Shown here one piece after another: positions 1 to 10,555 of a stretch of DNA of 62,621 nt (position 1 is its first letter; the number at the start of each line of letters is the position of its first letter). The stretch spans positions 1-62,621 of the forward strand of contig JAQULQ010000001.1 of NCBI GenBank assembly GCA_028718505.1. Direction: 5' to 3'. Position numbers and translations under genes: made by a program. Below the pieces are notes generated by a model. The model saw only the letters and a list, made by a program, of their open reading frames with translations, was not told the DNA's origin and searched no databases. The DNA is from Candidatus Colwellbacteria bacterium (GTDB lineage Bacteria; Patescibacteriota; Minisyncoccia; UBA6257; Colwellbacteraceae).

Positions 1-844
1 AGCGCCAGATTTGAGTTTCAAGGGTAGACACCATCTTCTCATACGCTAACTCACCCCGTAGATGTCTGGATATATATCGGAACTCAAGCCCCAGTTCTTC
101 AAGCCGTTTCCAGCTTATCCTTTTTCTGCGCAGGCCCTTAACCTCCTGTACCATACCTTCTTTTAACCGCCTTTCCAGACGGTTCTTAATCCGCCTTTTT
201 AGTTCATTAACCGGAGGCAGAAGGCCGATTTTTAGCAGGTCATAATGGGATCGCTCCAGATTCTTCAGCTGGATCTCGGGTATAGGGCTGTGGGTAGTGA
301 CAATGATCTCGATAGCTCTGATAACGCGATACCGGTTGTGCTGGTCAATACGTTTGGCTGTATGGGCGTCCAGGGCTTTTAGGCGATTCAACAGAGCCTG
401 ATCGTCCAGCTCGCCCAATTCCCGGCGCAACCGGCGGTTGGGCGGGACTTCCGGGATTTCTATGTCATGCAGAAGCACATCTACATAGAAACCTGAACCG
501 CCCTCAACGACCGGCAGTTTGCCTCTTTTAATCACCCCGTCGATCGCCTTGCCGGCTTTCTTTCTGAATTCTTGCACCGTGAAGTGCTTTCTGGGGGAGA
601 TCATATCAGTCATATGGTGGGGAATATCTTGGTAAACAAAACGACGTTTGATGCCTATACGCCGCCATGCCCCTGGCACCTTACCCGAAGTCAGATTGAG
701 TCCTCGGTAGATTTGTCTAGAGTCAGCCGAGACGATCTCGCCATTGAACTTTAACGCTAGTTCAACGGCCAACTCGGACTTTCCAGACGCATTAGGCCCG
801 ACAATTACAACCACCTTCGGTTTTCTTTCAACCTGGCCGGCCAT
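1..844 (-). CDS. miaA: tRNA dimethylallyltransferase MiaA (3' end runs off the left edge)
   Basis: Reverse translation from ATG 842-844 gives MAGQVERKPKVVVIVGPNASGKSELAVELALKFNGEIVSADSRQIYRGLNLTSGK. It has the P-loop plus DSRQIYRG motif typical of MiaA. No stop before position 1. Confidence 0.85.
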   Translation of the reverse strand, partial: MAGQVERKPKVVVIVGPNASGKSELAVELALKFNGEIVSADSRQIYRGLNLTSGKVPGAWRRIGIKRRFVYQDIPHHMTDMISPRKHFTVQEFRKKAGKAIDGVIKRGKLPVVEGGSGFYVDVLLHDIEIPEVPPNRRLRRELGELDDQALLNRLKALDAHTAKRIDQHNRYRVIRAIEIIVTTHSPIPEIQLKNLERSHYDLLKIGLLPPVNELKRRIKNRLERRLKEGMVQEVKGLRRKRISWKRLEELGLEFRYISRHLRGELAYEKMVSTLETQIWR

Positions 845-848
845 AGAC

Positions 849-2669
849 TTATTTTTTCTTATTTATTTCTTCCTGAAGTGATTGGATAAATGCCGAAAGA
901 TTTTTTGCTCCCAGATTTCCCTTACCTCTTTTTCTAACAGCTACTGTACCCGTCCTTTGTTCTGTTTCTCCGGTTATTAGGAGATAGGGTATTCTTTGGG
1001 TTTCTCCCTCCCTGATCCTCTTGCCTAAAGTTTCATCCGGTTCCGTTAATTGGGCTCTTATGCCGGCATTGATTAGGGATTTATATACACCAGCTGCGTA
1101 TTTATGGGATTTTCGACTGACGGCTATAACTTGCACCTGGATGGGGGAAAGCCAAATTGGAAAAGCGCCACTGGTGTGCTCGATAAGGATCGAGATAAAC
1201 CTCTCAATAGAGCCCATAATGGCTGCGTGGATCATTACCAGCCTCTCGCGCTTTCCCTTTTCATCAATGCAAAAAATATCGAATCTTTCCGGCAGATTCA
1301 TATCCAGCTGAATAGTAGCCACCTGTCTTTCTCTTCCTAGAGAGTCTCGGGCCAGAAAATCTATCTTAGGGCCGTAGAAAGCCGCTTCTCCCGGCACAAA
1401 TTGAGCTTTCGCCTTACGTTTTCGGGCGATCTCCTTAAGGATCTTCTCAGCTTTCTGCCACTTGGGCTTGGTTCCCAAATAGGCGCCGAAGTTCTTGGGA
1501 TCGTGGCCGGATATGCGCACCTCTAGGCCAGCGAAGCCCACCCCCTTGTAAAAAGCATCCACGATATCCCAGATCTTAAAAAACTCCTCTTTAACTTGGG
1601 ATTCTCGGCAGAAAACGTGGGCATCGTCCTGCGTGAAAGACCTTGCCCGCGCGATACCCGACAATTCGCCGGTCTGTTCATCTCGGTAGCAGGTAGTGGT
1701 GTTGGCGTATCTGACGGGCAGATCGCGATAACTTAACTGTTTGCGTTGGAGTATCTGAATATGATGAGGACAGTTCATGGGTTTCATAACAAAATTGTGC
1801 CCCTCTCGGCTTTGGACGTGGAAAAGCTCATCCGAGAACTTATCCCAGTGTCCCGATACTTCGTAGAGCTCTTTTTTTGTAATGTGGGGTATTTCGACAC
1901 GTTCGTAGCCATGGGCTCGGCGCAGGGACCAGACAAACTCATCCAGCAGAAAGCGCATCTGTGTACCCATCGGCGTCCAAAGAGGCAGACCCGAGCCGAC
2001 CAGCTCTGAGAAAACAAAAAGATCCAACTTGGGTCCTAAGATCCGGTGGTCCCTCTTTTCTGCTTCTTCTCGTTGTGTAAGGTACGCGTCCAGCTCTTTC
2101 TTAGTGCCGAAAGCCAAACCATATACTCTCTGAAGCTGGGAGTTTTTTTCACTGCCCCTCCAGTAAGCTCCAGCAACACGATCGAGTTTGAAAGCGAAAG
2201 TATCAATTTCACCAGTACTCCTTATGTGCCCTCCCCGGCAGAGATCTTTAAATATCTCATTGGTTTGCCCCGAAGTTTGTCGAAGGGTGGTGTAGATGGA
2301 TAGTTGTTTTTTCTCTTTAATAAAATCTCTTATCAGCTCTAACTTGAGGGGCTGATCTTTAAAGACCCTGCGTGCTTCAGCTGGTGTCACTTTTCTGCCT
2401 AAAAATTTATATCCCTGTTTTATATATTCTCGCATTCGTCTTTCGACATCTGACAGATCTTTCGGAGTAAGACTACGGGGCAGGTCGAAATCGTAATAAA
2501 ATCCGTCTTCGACAGTGGGTCCAATACCCAATTTGGCTTTAGGGAATCTTTCTAAAATCGCTGCTGCTAAAAGATGGGCCAGGGAATGCCTTATTTTTTC
2601 TATCGCAGGCGCACCATTCTGGCTGATCTTAGCCCCGTTTAAAGACTTACTTCCTTCACGTTTTGGCAT
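849..2669 (-). CDS. thrS: threonyl-tRNA synthetase (starts at the editing domain, no N-terminal TGS domain)
   Basis: 606-aa ORF with HSLAHLL editing-domain motif, class II core (FVMKPMNCPHH, SFTQDDAHVF) and a C-terminal anticodon-binding domain. Confidence 0.93.
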   Translation of the reverse strand: MPKREGSKSLNGAKISQNGAPAIEKIRHSLAHLLAAAILERFPKAKLGIGPTVEDGFYYDFDLPRSLTPKDLSDVERRMREYIKQGYKFLGRKVTPAEARRVFKDQPLKLELIRDFIKEKKQLSIYTTLRQTSGQTNEIFKDLCRGGHIRSTGEIDTFAFKLDRVAGAYWRGSEKNSQLQRVYGLAFGTKKELDAYLTQREEAEKRDHRILGPKLDLFVFSELVGSGLPLWTPMGTQMRFLLDEFVWSLRRAHGYERVEIPHITKKELYEVSGHWDKFSDELFHVQSREGHNFVMKPMNCPHHIQILQRKQLSYRDLPVRYANTTTCYRDEQTGELSGIARARSFTQDDAHVFCRESQVKEEFFKIWDIVDAFYKGVGFAGLEVRISGHDPKNFGAYLGTKPKWQKAEKILKEIARKRKAKAQFVPGEAAFYGPKIDFLARDSLGRERQVATIQLDMNLPERFDIFCIDEKGKRERLVMIHAAIMGSIERFISILIEHTSGAFPIWLSPIQVQVIAVSRKSHKYAAGVYKSLINAGIRAQLTEPDETLGKRIREGETQRIPYLLITGETEQRTGTVAVRKRGKGNLGAKNLSAFIQSLQEEINKKK

Positions 2670-5600
2670 ATTATCTTAGCTTCTCCGTCTCGCATGGATG
2701 TCCTGCCGCTTATATTTACAGCTTTGTTAATCTCCCAAAGACTGCCTGTTCTAGCTAGTACATCCGAAAAAACAAGTACCTCTATAGTATCACCCAGATC
2801 TTCAATGGTGGCAAAAGCCATGGGTTGACCACTCTTAGTTATAATTTTTTTCACCACAGACACTACTCCGCAAACTTTAACTTCCGCTCCTTCTTTCCCG
2901 TCCTTTTTGATGCTCTTTATGGTCTTGACGGCGTCCCCGCCATTTTTCTCAAAATATTGTTTCAGGGGATGCTCCGTTACATAGAGACCAAGGAGCTCTT
3001 TTTCCCAGCCCAACTTCTCTGCCTTAGTGACCGTACGATTGGCAGGCTGAAGCTTGATCTCAAACTTGTGCACTCCGCCGAAAAGTCCCCGGCTTCCGTT
3101 ACCGCTGTTGCTCTCCCCGGCTGCTCGCAATACAGAATCCACATTTTCCAAAGCCGTCGCTCTGTCTATTCCAAAAGAATCAAGCGCTCCGCTTTTGGTA
3201 AGCGACTCCAAACTTTTTTTATTCAACCCATAGGGCCTGGCACGGAGTGCCAGATCAGCCAATCCCTCAAAGGGGCCGCCCTTCAGTCGTTCCTCGACCA
3301 ACCTTTCGGTCAGTGCTAAGCCGACGTTCTTGATAGCGGAAAGTCCGAAACGGATATTCGCTCCTTCTGGAGCAAAGTGTGCCACACTGTTATTTATGTC
3401 TGGCGGCAGCACCTTGATGCCCATCCTTTCTGCCTCCTGGATGAAAAAAGCAGTCCTTTCTATGTCGTTGCCAGTGTGATTGAGAATAGATGTAATGAAT
3501 TCTTCCGGATAGTGGGTCTTCAGATAAGCGGTCCAATAACCAATAAGAGCGTAAGAAACTGCATGTGACCGGTTAAAACCATAGCGGGCGAAGGGTGGAA
3601 ATAGGTCCCAGATCTTTTCTGCTGTCTTCTTATCAATGCCCCCCTGGATCATGCCCGTTACCAACTTCTCTTTCTGTTCATCTAAGAGTTTCTTGATTTT
3701 CTTGCCGATGGCTTTTCTAAGTGTATCTGCTTCAGGCAGGGTATAGCCCGCTAGGTCGGTGGCGATTTTCATCATCTGCTCTTGATAAACGCCGATGCCA
3801 TAAGTGCTTTTTAGGATCGGTTCGAGAGAAGGATGGATATAGACAACTTTTTCTTCACCCCACTTTCTCTTGATATAGGAGGGGATTAGCTCCATCGGTC
3901 CGGGCCGGTAGAGTGCCACCAGGGCCGTCAGGTCTTCCAGCTCGGAAGGTTTGATCTCCTTCATATATCTGCGCATGCCGGAAGATTCGAACTGAAATAT
4001 GCCGACAGTCTCGCCCGTCCTAAGAAACTCAAAAGTCGCCTGGTCGTTTAGGGGTATCTGCGAAACTCGGATGGTTTCATCTCGCAGTTCTTTGATCAGG
4101 CGTATGGTTTCCTGAATAATGGTCAGATTCCTGAGCCCCAATAAATCGATCTTCAAAAGCCCCAGATCTTCCACGCCGTGCATCTCGACCTGGGTGATAA
4201 TAGTATTGTCGTCCTGGGGGGCACGCTGAATAGCTAAGTATTCCGTAATGGGTTTCTCGGTAACCACCGTTCCGCAGGCGTGCACGGAGGCATGGCGGGC
4301 AACACCTTCAAGATGTGAAGCCATCTGCAGAAGCTCCTTGGCTTTAGGATCGGAATCAGCTATCTGTTTTAATTCAGGGATGGTTTGGAGATAAGTTTCA
4401 ATCTCGCTTTTGGGTCTTCCCTGATTGGGATTAAAGGGGATAAGTTTTGCTATCTGATCGCAGAAAGAATAGGGGAGCCCCATGGCTCTGCCAGCATCGC
4501 GAACAGCCTGCCGGGCAGCCATTGTGCCGAAAGTAATGATTTGGGCTACGTGGTCTTCCCCGTACTTCTCCCTTAAATAGCCGAATACTTCATCGCGCCT
4601 ATTGTCAGCAAAGTCCAGGTCGATGTCGGGCATTTCATTTCTTTCCGGATTAAGGAACCTTTCGAAAAGCAGGCCGTATTTAAGGGGATCAACTTCAGTG
4701 ATGTTCAGCAGATAAGACACCAGACTGCCGGCGGCTGAGCCCCTGCCCGGACCTACCATAATACCCCTGTCTTTTGCCCAGTTCACTAAATCCTGAACTA
4801 TTAAGAAATAATCCTCGAAGCCGGTTTTTTGGATAATGGCCAATTCATGCTCGATTCTGTCCTGGATGGCTTTGTCAGCTTTACCAAAACGTTCTTTTAT
4901 TCCCCCATTAACTAATTTGCGGAGATATTCGATACTGTTCTTTTCGCCTTGGGGAAGCTGATACTTGGGCAGATGTAACTGTTTCAGTTTAAAGTCAAAA
5001 TTGCACTTCTCAGACACTTCAGCCGTATTATCGATCGCTTCCAGGGCGCTTTTTTCATCGATGGCCATTCCGCCCTCTTTAAAGAGTTCCAGCATCTCCT
5101 CGGCCGACGCAAAAAATGCCATATAGCCGCCGAAATTGAAGCGGCTTTCATCGTCAATCTTATTGCCAGTTTGGATAGCCAGCAGAATATCGTGGGTCGG
5201 CTGATCAGCCCTTTCTACATAGTGTGAATCTTGGGTGGCGACTACTTTGATATCCAGTTCTTGCGCTAGTTCGGTTAGATCTTTCTGGTTGAATTTTGTC
5301 TGAGGCTGGATCTCAATGTAATAGTCGTCTCCGAAGAGTCTTTTATAATACTTAGCTATTTCATAAGCCTTTGTTTTCTCTCCGTGTTCTAGCGCCCGAC
5401 TCAGCTCTCCAGCTGGACATCCCGAAAGACATATCAAACCCTCGTGATGTGCCTCTAACAATTCTCTGTCCATGCGAGGCTTGTAATAAAAGCCCTCCAA
5501 GTGGGCCTTGGTGGCTAATTGGACAAGATTTTTATAGCCCATCTCGTTTTTGACCAGAAGAGTAAGGTGATAGCGCTCGGAGTCTTTACCTGGTTCTTTG

Positions 5601-5830
5601 TCGTGTCGGCTGCGCTGAGCCACATATCCCTCCATGCCGATAATGGGTTTGGTGCCCGCCTTTTTTGCCTTTTGGTAGAATTCCACTGACCCATAAAGAT
5701 TGCCGTGGTCTGTAATGGCCAGCGCTTCCATTCCCAACGACTTAGCCTTATCAATCAGTGCATCGATCTTGGAAAGGCCGTCTAGAAGAGAGTAGTGGCT
5801 GTGCGTGTGCAGATGTACGAATTTGTTCAT
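2639..5830 (-). CDS. dnaE: DNA polymerase III alpha subunit
   Basis: 1063-aa ORF with PHP-domain start MNKFVHLHTHSHYSLLDG, pol III alpha core (GSAAGSLVSYLLNITEVDPL) and a C-terminal OB fold. Length is normal, so no intein. Confidence 0.95.
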   Translation of the reverse strand: MNKFVHLHTHSHYSLLDGLSKIDALIDKAKSLGMEALAITDHGNLYGSVEFYQKAKKAGTKPIIGMEGYVAQRSRHDKEPGKDSERYHLTLLVKNEMGYKNLVQLATKAHLEGFYYKPRMDRELLEAHHEGLICLSGCPAGELSRALEHGEKTKAYEIAKYYKRLFGDDYYIEIQPQTKFNQKDLTELAQELDIKVVATQDSHYVERADQPTHDILLAIQTGNKIDDESRFNFGGYMAFFASAEEMLELFKEGGMAIDEKSALEAIDNTAEVSEKCNFDFKLKQLHLPKYQLPQGEKNSIEYLRKLVNGGIKERFGKADKAIQDRIEHELAIIQKTGFEDYFLIVQDLVNWAKDRGIMVGPGRGSAAGSLVSYLLNITEVDPLKYGLLFERFLNPERNEMPDIDLDFADNRRDEVFGYLREKYGEDHVAQIITFGTMAARQAVRDAGRAMGLPYSFCDQIAKLIPFNPNQGRPKSEIETYLQTIPELKQIADSDPKAKELLQMASHLEGVARHASVHACGTVVTEKPITEYLAIQRAPQDDNTIITQVEMHGVEDLGLLKIDLLGLRNLTIIQETIRLIKELRDETIRVSQIPLNDQATFEFLRTGETVGIFQFESSGMRRYMKEIKPSELEDLTALVALYRPGPMELIPSYIKRKWGEEKVVYIHPSLEPILKSTYGIGVYQEQMMKIATDLAGYTLPEADTLRKAIGKKIKKLLDEQKEKLVTGMIQGGIDKKTAEKIWDLFPPFARYGFNRSHAVSYALIGYWTAYLKTHYPEEFITSILNHTGNDIERTAFFIQEAERMGIKVLPPDINNSVAHFAPEGANIRFGLSAIKNVGLALTERLVEERLKGGPFEGLADLALRARPYGLNKKSLESLTKSGALDSFGIDRATALENVDSVLRAAGESNSGNGSRGLFGGVHKFEIKLQPANRTVTKAEKLGWEKELLGLYVTEHPLKQYFEKNGGDAVKTIKSIKKDGKEGAEVKVCGVVSVVKKIITKSGQPMAFATIEDLGDTIEVLVFSDVLARTGSLWEINKAVNISGRTSMRDGEAKIICQNVKEVSL

Positions 5831-5899
5831 AGGGTGACTCTCGTTTCAAATTATACCGACCCTGACCTAAACTTAAAGAAGCGATATCTAAAACTATCA

Positions 5900-6541
5900 A
5901 TGCGATACACCATAGGCATAGACGAAGTGGGCAGGGGAGCTTTGGCCGGACCGGTGGTCGTCGCTGCCGTGGCGGTGCCTGAGGGTTTCAATTCTTATCC
6001 CAGACATCTCCCGAAACTCAAAGATTCTAAAAGACTTTCTCAAAAACAGAGAGAGGTTTGGTACGCGTATATTTGGGAGAATCAACAATTGTTTTCTGCC
6101 AGCGCCCGCGTCTACCAGCACAAAATAGACAGACTGAATATTTCTCAGAGCGCCAATTTAGCCGCCGGCCGCGCCTTGGACGGAGTACTCAAACAGTTGA
6201 ATGATGCCGATGCGATAGATGTTGTTTTAGATGGGGGTTTATATCTAAGACGTAAGAAGCATCTGTCTCTGCGACCCAAAACTATTGTGAGGGGAGACCA
6301 GAGAAGAAATTCGATCAAGCTAGCGTCGATCGTCGCGAAGATCAAGCGGGATAAGTACCTTAGTTTTCTCGACTGCCGATACCCAGGTTATAACCTGGGT
6401 GCACATAAAGGCTATGGAACGAAGATGCACTTTCAGGCCATTCGGGAGCTGGGCATTCTGGAAGTGCATAGAGAAAGTTTTCTTAAAAGCATTAAAATGC
6501 AGCCCAAAGCTGGGAGTAAAAATATCGTTCGGGGTCTTTAA
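5900..6541 (+). CDS. rnhB: ribonuclease HII
   Basis: MRYTIGIDEVGRGALAGPVVVAAV carries the RNase HII DEVGRG motif. I chose ATG 5900; the ORF-track start at 5795 overlaps the dnaE start. Confidence 0.88.
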   Translation: MRYTIGIDEVGRGALAGPVVVAAVAVPEGFNSYPRHLPKLKDSKRLSQKQREVWYAYIWENQQLFSASARVYQHKIDRLNISQSANLAAGRALDGVLKQLNDADAIDVVLDGGLYLRRKKHLSLRPKTIVRGDQRRNSIKLASIVAKIKRDKYLSFLDCRYPGYNLGAHKGYGTKMHFQAIRELGILEVHRESFLKSIKMQPKAGSKNIVRGL

Positions 6542-6571
6542 TTTTTTTACCTTTAGCCTTAAACTATTGGC

Positions 6572-6739
6572 ATGTCCGTACCCAAAAAGAAACACTCTAA
6601 ATCAAAAGCAGGCAGAAGGCGCAGCCATTTAGCCATTAAGAAAACCGCCCTTCATCCCTGTACTAATTGCAAGGCACCCACTCTTTCTCATCAGGTTTGC
6701 AAAAACTGTGGGCAGTATAAGAAAGCGGGCAGCCGTTAG
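6572..6739 (+). CDS. rpmF: 50S ribosomal protein L32
   Basis: 55-aa ORF below the track cutoff: MSVPKKKHSKSKAGRRRSHLAIKKTALHPCTNCKAPTLSHQVCKNCGQYKKAGSR. L32 N-terminus plus CxxC...CxxC zinc ribbon. Confidence 0.85.
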   Translation: MSVPKKKHSKSKAGRRRSHLAIKKTALHPCTNCKAPTLSHQVCKNCGQYKKAGSR

Positions 6740-6754
6740 TGACTTCCTGATCAT

Positions 6755-7210
6755 ATGGCAACGAGACAATTAGGCAGGGGTATAGCTATTCAGTCCCTCT
6801 ATGAATGGGACTTTTACGGGAGAAAGGAAGATATAGAGAAGATCGTTGTACGTAATCTTGAGGAATTCGCCCCCGGGTTCAGTGAACGAGAGTTTATCGA
6901 GAGCCTGACTAAAGGTGTGACTTCGAAAATCGATGAACTGGATAAGATCATCGAAGCCTCGGCACCGGATTGGCCGATCGAAAAATTACCTATCATTGAC
7001 CGAAATGCCCTGCGCATCGGGCTTTACGAGCTCCTTTATGCTGATAGGAAGGAAGTTCCGCCGAGGGTCGCCATTAATGAGGCCATCGAATTAGCGAAAA
7101 CATACGGAGGGCAAAACTCCGGCAAATTTATCAACGGAGTAATGGGAACGGTTTATAGAGAGATCGGTGAGCCCGACAGGAATCCAGAGAAGAGCAGGAC
7201 AGAGAAATGA
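6755..7210 (+). CDS. nusB: transcription antitermination factor NusB
   Basis: 151-aa all-helical ORF with the NusB-type [11 protein letters not shown] segment. Stops with TGA. Confidence 0.85.
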   Translation: MATRQLGRGIAIQSLYEWDFYGRKEDIEKIVVRNLEEFAPGFSEREFIESLTKGVTSKIDELDKIIEASAPDWPIEKLPIIDRNALRIGLYELLYADRKEVPPRVAINEAIELAKTYGGQNSGKFINGVMGTVYREIGEPDRNPEKSRTEK

Positions 7211-7890
7211 ACTTAAAAAAGCTGCAGACGAAGATAGGCATTGAGTTCAGGGACAGTGCTTTTTATGAAGAGGCGTTGACTCACCGTTCCTATCTGAATG
7301 AACACCCGAAATGGCCGCATGGCAATAACGAGCGTCTTGAGTTTTTGGGCGATGCCGTTTTGGAGTTAGCGGTTACAGAGGGAATATATAAGAGATTACC
7401 GAAAGAAGAAGAGGGGAGACTGACGGTTTTCAGAGCCGCTCTGGTAAATACCCGAGCCTTATCTGCGGTAGCCAAAGAGATCGGCTTAGACAAAATGCTG
7501 CTCCTCTCGAAGGGAGAGGCCAAAGATGTAAACAGTAAGGGCAGAGAAAGTATTTCCGCCAATGTGGTCGAGGCGCTGATAGGAGCGCTTTATCTGGACA
7601 GAGGATTTGAAGTGGCCCGAGGATTTATAGAAAGGCATATTCTTTCTAAGCTGGAAGGCGTTAAAGACCAAGGCGGTAAAGATGCCAAGAGCTTAGTACA
7701 GGAATATGCCCAAGCCCGCTTTAAAGTGACTCCCACTTACGAAGTGATAGAAGAATCCGGGCCTGCTCACGAAAGGCGGTTCAAGGTGGGATTATTCTTT
7801 GATGATAAGCTGAAATCTGAGGGCAAAGGTGCTTCCAAGCAAGAGGCCGAACTGGATGCGGCGGAAAAACTGATGCAGAAGCTCAGCTAA
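7207..7890 (+). CDS. rnc: ribonuclease III
   Basis: RNase III signature [12 protein letters not shown] plus a C-terminal dsRBD ([10 protein letters not shown]...[10 protein letters not shown]). Confidence 0.95.
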   Translation: MNLKKLQTKIGIEFRDSAFYEEALTHRSYLNEHPKWPHGNNERLEFLGDAVLELAVTEGIYKRLPKEEEGRLTVFRAALVNTRALSAVAKEIGLDKMLLLSKGEAKDVNSKGRESISANVVEALIGALYLDRGFEVARGFIERHILSKLEGVKDQGGKDAKSLVQEYAQARFKVTPTYEVIEESGPAHERRFKVGLFFDDKLKSEGKGASKQEAELDAAEKLMQKLS

Positions 7891-7920
7891 AGTATAGAAC
7901 TCAAAGAACACCGAAAGAAG

Positions 7921-10071
7921 ATGCTTTTGCGGCGCCTAAAACTTCAGGGATTTAAATCTTTCGCGGACAAGACTGTCCTCGATCTGAGTCATAATGTAAC
8001 TGCTATTGTGGGGCCGAACGGCTCGGGTAAGTCTAATTTAACAGACAGCGTACGCTGGCTGTTAGGTGAGCGTGATGCCCGTAATCTGCGGGGAGGAAAA
8101 GGGGAAGACCTAATATTCGCCGGCACAAAAACTAAGCCGCGGGCTGGTCAGGCCTGGGCATCTTTACACTTCAGCAACGAATCTGGCTTCCTCCCGGTTG
8201 CTTACAAAGATGTTGTTATTACGCGCAAAGTGACCCGTGATGGCAGCTCTCTCTTCACTATTAATAAATCAGAAGTTCGCCTTAAAGATGTGCTCGAGTT
8301 CTTTGCGAAATCTAAAACGGGTGCACGCGGATTCAATATTATTGGCCAAGGAGAGAGCGATGTTTTTATCAAGGCTACTCCTCAAGAGAGAAGAGAAATG
8401 ATAGAAGAGCTTCTGGGCCTGAAAGAATATCAGATGAAGAAAGGAGAAGCCTTGCGCAAACTTAAAAGCACGGCTTTCAATCTGGAAAAAGCTCAGGCTC
8501 TTATCCAAGAGCTCGAGCCGCACTTGCGCCTCCTGCGCAAGCAGGCCAGGCGCTACGAGGGCAGAGAAGACGCGGAAAAAGAACTTACCAACCTCGAGAA
8601 TTATTTCTATGGGTATCAGCTTTTAGAACTTGAGAAAGGAATCAAAACGCAGGAAGCAGAAGAAAAAGAAAACCGAGCCCTGCTTAGGGCAGAGAAAGAA
8701 AAATTAGCCAATCTGCAGAAAGATTTGGAGCGGATCAAAGATACTGAACCTCAGTCAGCCGGGGAGTTCCCAAAGATCAAGCTAGAAGAGGAAAAGCTCC
8801 ACAGAGAACGGGCTGAGCTACAGATAGAGTTAGGCAAGATGGAGGTAAGGCTAGAGCTGACGTCGGAGGAGAGCGCGGATGTTCCCAAACTGAAACAGGT
8901 ACTGGCTGAAGTGCGTAAAGTATCTGAAAAATTAATGGAAGAGAGCGGTCTGGAAAGTATTAGAGAGGGGTTGAAAAAAATTATCAAACTGACGAACTTA
9001 GCCAAGGAGACTGGCGGACGGAGTAATGAGCAGTATAAAAAAACATATCAGGAGACAGCCAAAGAAATAAATAAGCTTGAGAGGGAGCTGGAGGGGATCA
9101 GAGATAGGGCTGCAGAGATTAATAAGAGCCTTCAGGGCTTTAACGAGAGTTTCACCAAGGCCTATGAGTTAGTAGCTAAACAGCAGGCGAAGGTCAATGA
9201 AGCCGTCAGTTTGGAAAACGATCGTTTGATTAAAAAGGAGCGATTAGAAATACGCCTCGAAGCCCTACTCGAAGAACTTAAGCAGATTGGCCGGCCCAAG
9301 GATTCTCTGGCCGTGAATGCCGTTAAACTAGATCTTACCGATGATGAAATCAGACAAAAAATGCTTAAGCTTCGCTCTTATCTTGCCAGCATTGGCGAAG
9401 TGGACGAAACAGTTATCAAAGAAGCTAATGAAACGGAGGAAAGACATGCCTTTTTGGTTGCTCAGGTGGAAGATCTAGGAAAAGCAATGGCGGATCTGCA
9501 AAAGCTGACTGTCGAGCTTGATAGAAAGATCCATGACGACTTTAATATTGCCATTACCAAGATAGACCGGGAATTCCATAAGCTTGTGCAATTGGTTTTT
9601 GGCGGCGGGAAAGCTAGTCTCAAACTCGAGAAAGTGAAAGTAGAGAAGAGAAAAACAGAAATAAACGAAGCTGAAGATAGTCCGTCTGACGAACCAGACA
9701 GAGAGTCCCCAGATGATAGCGAGCCGGAAGCGGTTTCTCCGGGCGTGCTGATTGATGTCACTTTACCTAAAAAGCGTATCAAGGGTCTTGAGGTCCTTTC
9801 TGGAGGAGAGAGGGCCTTAGTCTCAATAGCCGCTCTTTTTTCGCTCGTTTCTGTCAGTCCGCCCCCTTTTCTTTTTTTGGATGAAGTAGATGCCGCACTT
9901 GATGAGAGAAATGCCCGCCGTTTCGGAGAAATTCTTAAGGAGTTCGCTCAAAGGACTCAATTCGTGATAGTTACGCACAATCGGGCCACAATGGAGGTGG
10001 CAGATGCACTCTACGGCGTTACGATGGCGGAAGACGGCACGTCCAAACTAGTGTCTTTGAAGTTGACTTAA
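7921..10071 (+). CDS. smc: SMC-family chromosome segregation ATPase, short hinge-less form (716 aa)
   Basis: SMC N-head (LKLQGFKSFADKT...IVGPNGSGKSNLTDSVRWLLGE) and C-head (LSGGERALVSIAALF...FLFLDEVDAALDE...VTHNRATME). Only about 400 aa of coiled coil lies between them, and there is no cysteine or hinge-like globular segment. Confidence 0.85.
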   Translation: MLLRRLKLQGFKSFADKTVLDLSHNVTAIVGPNGSGKSNLTDSVRWLLGERDARNLRGGKGEDLIFAGTKTKPRAGQAWASLHFSNESGFLPVAYKDVVITRKVTRDGSSLFTINKSEVRLKDVLEFFAKSKTGARGFNIIGQGESDVFIKATPQERREMIEELLGLKEYQMKKGEALRKLKSTAFNLEKAQALIQELEPHLRLLRKQARRYEGREDAEKELTNLENYFYGYQLLELEKGIKTQEAEEKENRALLRAEKEKLANLQKDLERIKDTEPQSAGEFPKIKLEEEKLHRERAELQIELGKMEVRLELTSEESADVPKLKQVLAEVRKVSEKLMEESGLESIREGLKKIIKLTNLAKETGGRSNEQYKKTYQETAKEINKLERELEGIRDRAAEINKSLQGFNESFTKAYELVAKQQAKVNEAVSLENDRLIKKERLEIRLEALLEELKQIGRPKDSLAVNAVKLDLTDDEIRQKMLKLRSYLASIGEVDETVIKEANETEERHAFLVAQVEDLGKAMADLQKLTVELDRKIHDDFNIAITKIDREFHKLVQLVFGGGKASLKLEKVKVEKRKTEINEAEDSPSDEPDRESPDDSEPEAVSPGVLIDVTLPKKRIKGLEVLSGGERALVSIAALFSLVSVSPPPFLFLDEVDAALDERNARRFGEILKEFAQRTQFVIVTHNRATMEVADALYGVTMAEDGTSKLVSLKLT

Positions 10072-10100
10072 ACAGTGCCAGCTAATATCATTGCCCAAGT

Positions 10101-10523
10101 ATGTTGGCTATAAAGCTGAAGCTAATTGGGAAAAGAGGACAGCACTCGTTCAGAGTGATCGTTCAGGAGAAACGCACTAAGCTTCAGGGCGAAGTTGCGG
10201 ATGATTTGGGGTGGTTTAACCCGCACTCCAATCAAATTCTTCTCGACCGGAAGAGGTTACAATACTGGATAGGGAACGGAGCACAGCCTACCGAGAGCGC
10301 TCAGAAAATAATAGATAAAGCTAGCAGCGATCAAGGGGTCAGTTCATTTAAGGGCAGACAGTCTCCTAAGAAAAGGAAGAGAGACAAAAAGACTGCGGTG
10401 CCTGGAACTCCGGTTGCGATGGCAGGAGGGGCTGGATTAGCAGAGGAGGCGATACAGCCAACGGTGGAGGCAAAAGAGGCCGATCTGGGAACAGTAGTTA
10501 ACGAAACACCTATAGAAGAATAA
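10101..10523 (+). CDS. rpsP: 30S ribosomal protein S16 with a charged C-terminal extension
   Basis: MLAIKLKLIGKRGQHSFRVIVQEKRTKLQGEVADDLGWFNP is an S16 fold. About 60 extra C-terminal residues. Confidence 0.9.
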   Translation: MLAIKLKLIGKRGQHSFRVIVQEKRTKLQGEVADDLGWFNPHSNQILLDRKRLQYWIGNGAQPTESAQKIIDKASSDQGVSSFKGRQSPKKRKRDKKTAVPGTPVAMAGGAGLAEEAIQPTVEAKEADLGTVVNETPIEE

Positions 10524-10555
10524 AAGGAAAGGTCGAATAAGTAAGATAAGCAAGA

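Noticed and set aside
5831-5899. Divergent dnaE/rnhB junction, the only large-scale strand switch, as a possible origin.
   Set aside because: The 69-nt spacer contains no DnaA boxes and no repeats I could see. A strand switch alone is not evidence.
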